A stretch of 64,000 nucleotides of DNA. It comes from Candidatus Latescibacterota bacterium. GTDB lineage: Bacteria > Latescibacterota > UBA2968 > UBA8231. Of the stretch, positions 62,140 through 64,000 are shown piece by piece. Numbering within the stretch: position 1 is the stretch's first letter; each line of letters starts with the position of its first letter. Position numbers and translations under genes: made by a program. The stretch lies in contig CBDCSU010000006.1 of the NCBI GenBank assembly GCA_965221775.1, forward strand, positions 2,368,001 through 2,432,000, in the 5' to 3' direction. The notes beneath the pieces were generated by a model that ran no database searches, was not told where the DNA came from, and saw only the letters and a program-made list of their open reading frames with translations.

Positions 62140-64000
62140 ATGGCCGTTGCGCCCGCCCTCGATCCCGTCGCCCGAACGACCGCCCAGTCCGCCCCCGTGC
62201 GGCAGGTCCTCGACCGGCTCGCCGGCGGGCGGGAAGTGCGGGTCCACGGACTGCCGGCGAGCCTCGGCGCCTTCCTGCTGACCGCCGCCCAGCGCGAGCT
62301 GGGGCGGTCGATCCTGGTGGTGGCCGCCGACGAGAGCCGGGCCGAGGCCTGGCGCGACGACCTGACGGCGGTGGCCGGCGCGGAGGTGGTCCGCTACTTC
62401 CCCATGTGGGACATCGATCTCTACGACGGGCGCTCCCCCGACATGGAGGTCTCGGCCCTGCGCATCGAGGCGGCGGCGCGGCTGGCGGACGGCTCCCCGA
62501 CGATCGTCGTCGCCCCCGCGGCGGCCCTGCTGTCGCCGCTGATCCCGGCCGCCGTCCTGGAGCGCGCCACCCTGCGCCTGGCCTGCGGCCAGGTCCAGCC
62601 CCTCGACGACCTGGTCTCCCATCTCGTCGACGCCGGCTTCGAGCGCGTGCCGATCATCGACGGCCTCGGGCAGTTCAGCTCCCGCGGGGGTATCCTCGAC
62701 ATCTATCCCCCCGGCGTCGAGCACCCGCTGCGCCTGGAGTTCTTCGACGACGAGATCGAGTCGATCCGCACCTTCGACGTGGGCACGCAGCGCTCCCTCG
62801 ACGCCTGCCCCGAGGCGGTGGTGCTGCCGGTGTGCGAGGTCGTCCTGCACCGGCCCTTCTTCGACGATTTCGTGCCCAACCTCGAGAAGGCCGAGGAGGA
62901 GACCGGCGTCGATCTCATCGAGGTCAAGGACCCGCTCGAGCTCGGCACCGCCACCCTGGAGGGCATCGAGGCGGTGATGGGCGTGCTCTACGGCCCGGGC
63001 GACGGCCTCTTCGAGTACCTTCCCGCCGATGCCGTGGTCTGGGCCGACGAGACCGACGACATCGACGCCGACGTGGAGAAGCAGCAGGCCCCCTCGCGGC
63101 GCGACTACGAGCGCCACGCCGGCCGCGGCACCCACCTGCCGCCGGAGCGCCTGGTGCGCGAGACCTCCTGGCTCCACGGGCGGGTGGCGCGCCACCCGCG
63201 GGTCCGAACCGCTCCCGTCGGCGAGGGCGGGGAGGCCGTCCGCTTCGGCGCCTCGGAGCCGCGTATCGTCCAGGGCGACCTGAACGTCCTCCGCCAGGAG
63301 ATCGCCCGCCTCGGCCGCCAGAACTACGCCGTCCACATCCTCAGCGAGACCCGGGGCCAGTCGAGCCGCCTGCAGGAGATCTTCGCCGAGTGGGGCGACG
63401 ACATCGTCTTCGGCCTCGGCAGCCTGAGCCGCGGCTTCGTCTTCCCCGAGGCGGGGGTGGCGGTCCTCAACGACCACGAGATCTTCTCGCGCAACAAGAG
63501 CCGCCACCGCTACCGGCGCTTCAAGGCGGCCAAGCCGATCTCCTCCTTCGACGCCCTGGGCGTTGGCGACTTCGTGGTCCACGTCGACCACGGCATCGGC
63601 CGCTACCTGGGCCTGCGGCGGCTGACGATCACCAACCGCGACCACGACTGCCTGGAGGTCACGTACCAGGGCCGGGACAAGCTCTTCGTGCCCGTGGAGC
63701 AGCTCGACCGGCTGCGGCGCTACGCCAGCGCCGACGGCAGCCCGCCGCTGCTCAGCAAGCTCGGCTCGGGGGCCTGGGAGAAGCTCAAGGAGCGCACCCG
63801 GGAGGAGATCTTCAAGGCCGCCGCCGAGCTGATCCAGCTCTACGCCGAGCGCAAGTCCCTGCCGGGGGTCGGGTTCTCCGGGGACTCGCCGATGGTGCGC
63901 GAGCTGGAGGCCTCCTTCCCCTTCACCGAGACGCCGGACCAGCTGCGCACCGTGGAGGAGGTGAAGCACGACATGGAGGCGCCCCACCCCATGGACCGCC
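62140..64000 (+). CDS. mfd: Transcription-repair coupling factor (3' end outside window)
   Basis: GQFSSRGGILDIY, GDFVVHVDHGIGRYLG, FPFTETPDQ and MEAPHPMDR. Confidence 0.96.
   Translation, partial: MAVAPALDPVARTTAQSAPVRQVLDRLAGGREVRVHGLPASLGAFLLTAAQRELGRSILVVAADESRAEAWRDDLTAVAGAEVVRYFPMWDIDLYDGRSPDMEVSALRIEAAARLADGSPTIVVAPAAALLSPLIPAAVLERATLRLACGQVQPLDDLVSHLVDAGFERVPIIDGLGQFSSRGGILDIYPPGVEHPLRLEFFDDEIESIRTFDVGTQRSLDACPEAVVLPVCEVVLHRPFFDDFVPNLEKAEEETGVDLIEVKDPLELGTATLEGIEAVMGVLYGPGDGLFEYLPADAVVWADETDDIDADVEKQQAPSRRDYERHAGRGTHLPPERLVRETSWLHGRVARHPRVRTAPVGEGGEAVRFGASEPRIVQGDLNVLRQEIARLGRQNYAVHILSETRGQSSRLQEIFAEWGDDIVFGLGSLSRGFVFPEAGVAVLNDHEIFSRNKSRHRYRRFKAAKPISSFDALGVGDFVVHVDHGIGRYLGLRRLTITNRDHDCLEVTYQGRDKLFVPVEQLDRLRRYASADGSPPLLSKLGSGAWEKLKERTREEIFKAAAELIQLYAERKSLPGVGFSGDSPMVRELEASFPFTETPDQLRTVEEVKHDMEAPHPMDR

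Overview
GC-rich bacterial window. The FlgD-Ig C-termini, WD40 expansions and [ST]WGxxK tails suggest an FCB-group (Latescibacterota/Poribacteria-like), possibly sponge-associated host; this is inference. Positions <1 to ~55787 look like one composite integrated element, running from a P4-type tyrosine integrase at the left edge to a duplicated tRNA 3' end (att-like) at 55768-55787. It carries AlpA, a second recombinase, a truncated DUF499 ATPase, many secreted WD40/PD40/metalloprotease/collagen-like cargo genes, DUF932, a primase-helicase, a TonB receptor, a ParA + ribbon-helix-helix partition pair and IS1595 elements. It also carries an ~11.5 kb translationally coupled array of small phage-like genes (42475-53977). 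The top finding is that every large gap in that array holds a structured element built on the hammerhead ribozyme core (CUGANGA...GAAA...stem-UH): one fully canonical type I hammerhead at 44298-44359 plus four variant or degenerate relatives. The array's promoter shares an iterated operator with the parA promoter. Right of the att site lie an M9 collagenase-WD40 gene and core genes (VOC, PhyH, yfbR, mfd). Several single-base frameshifts may be sequencing errors.
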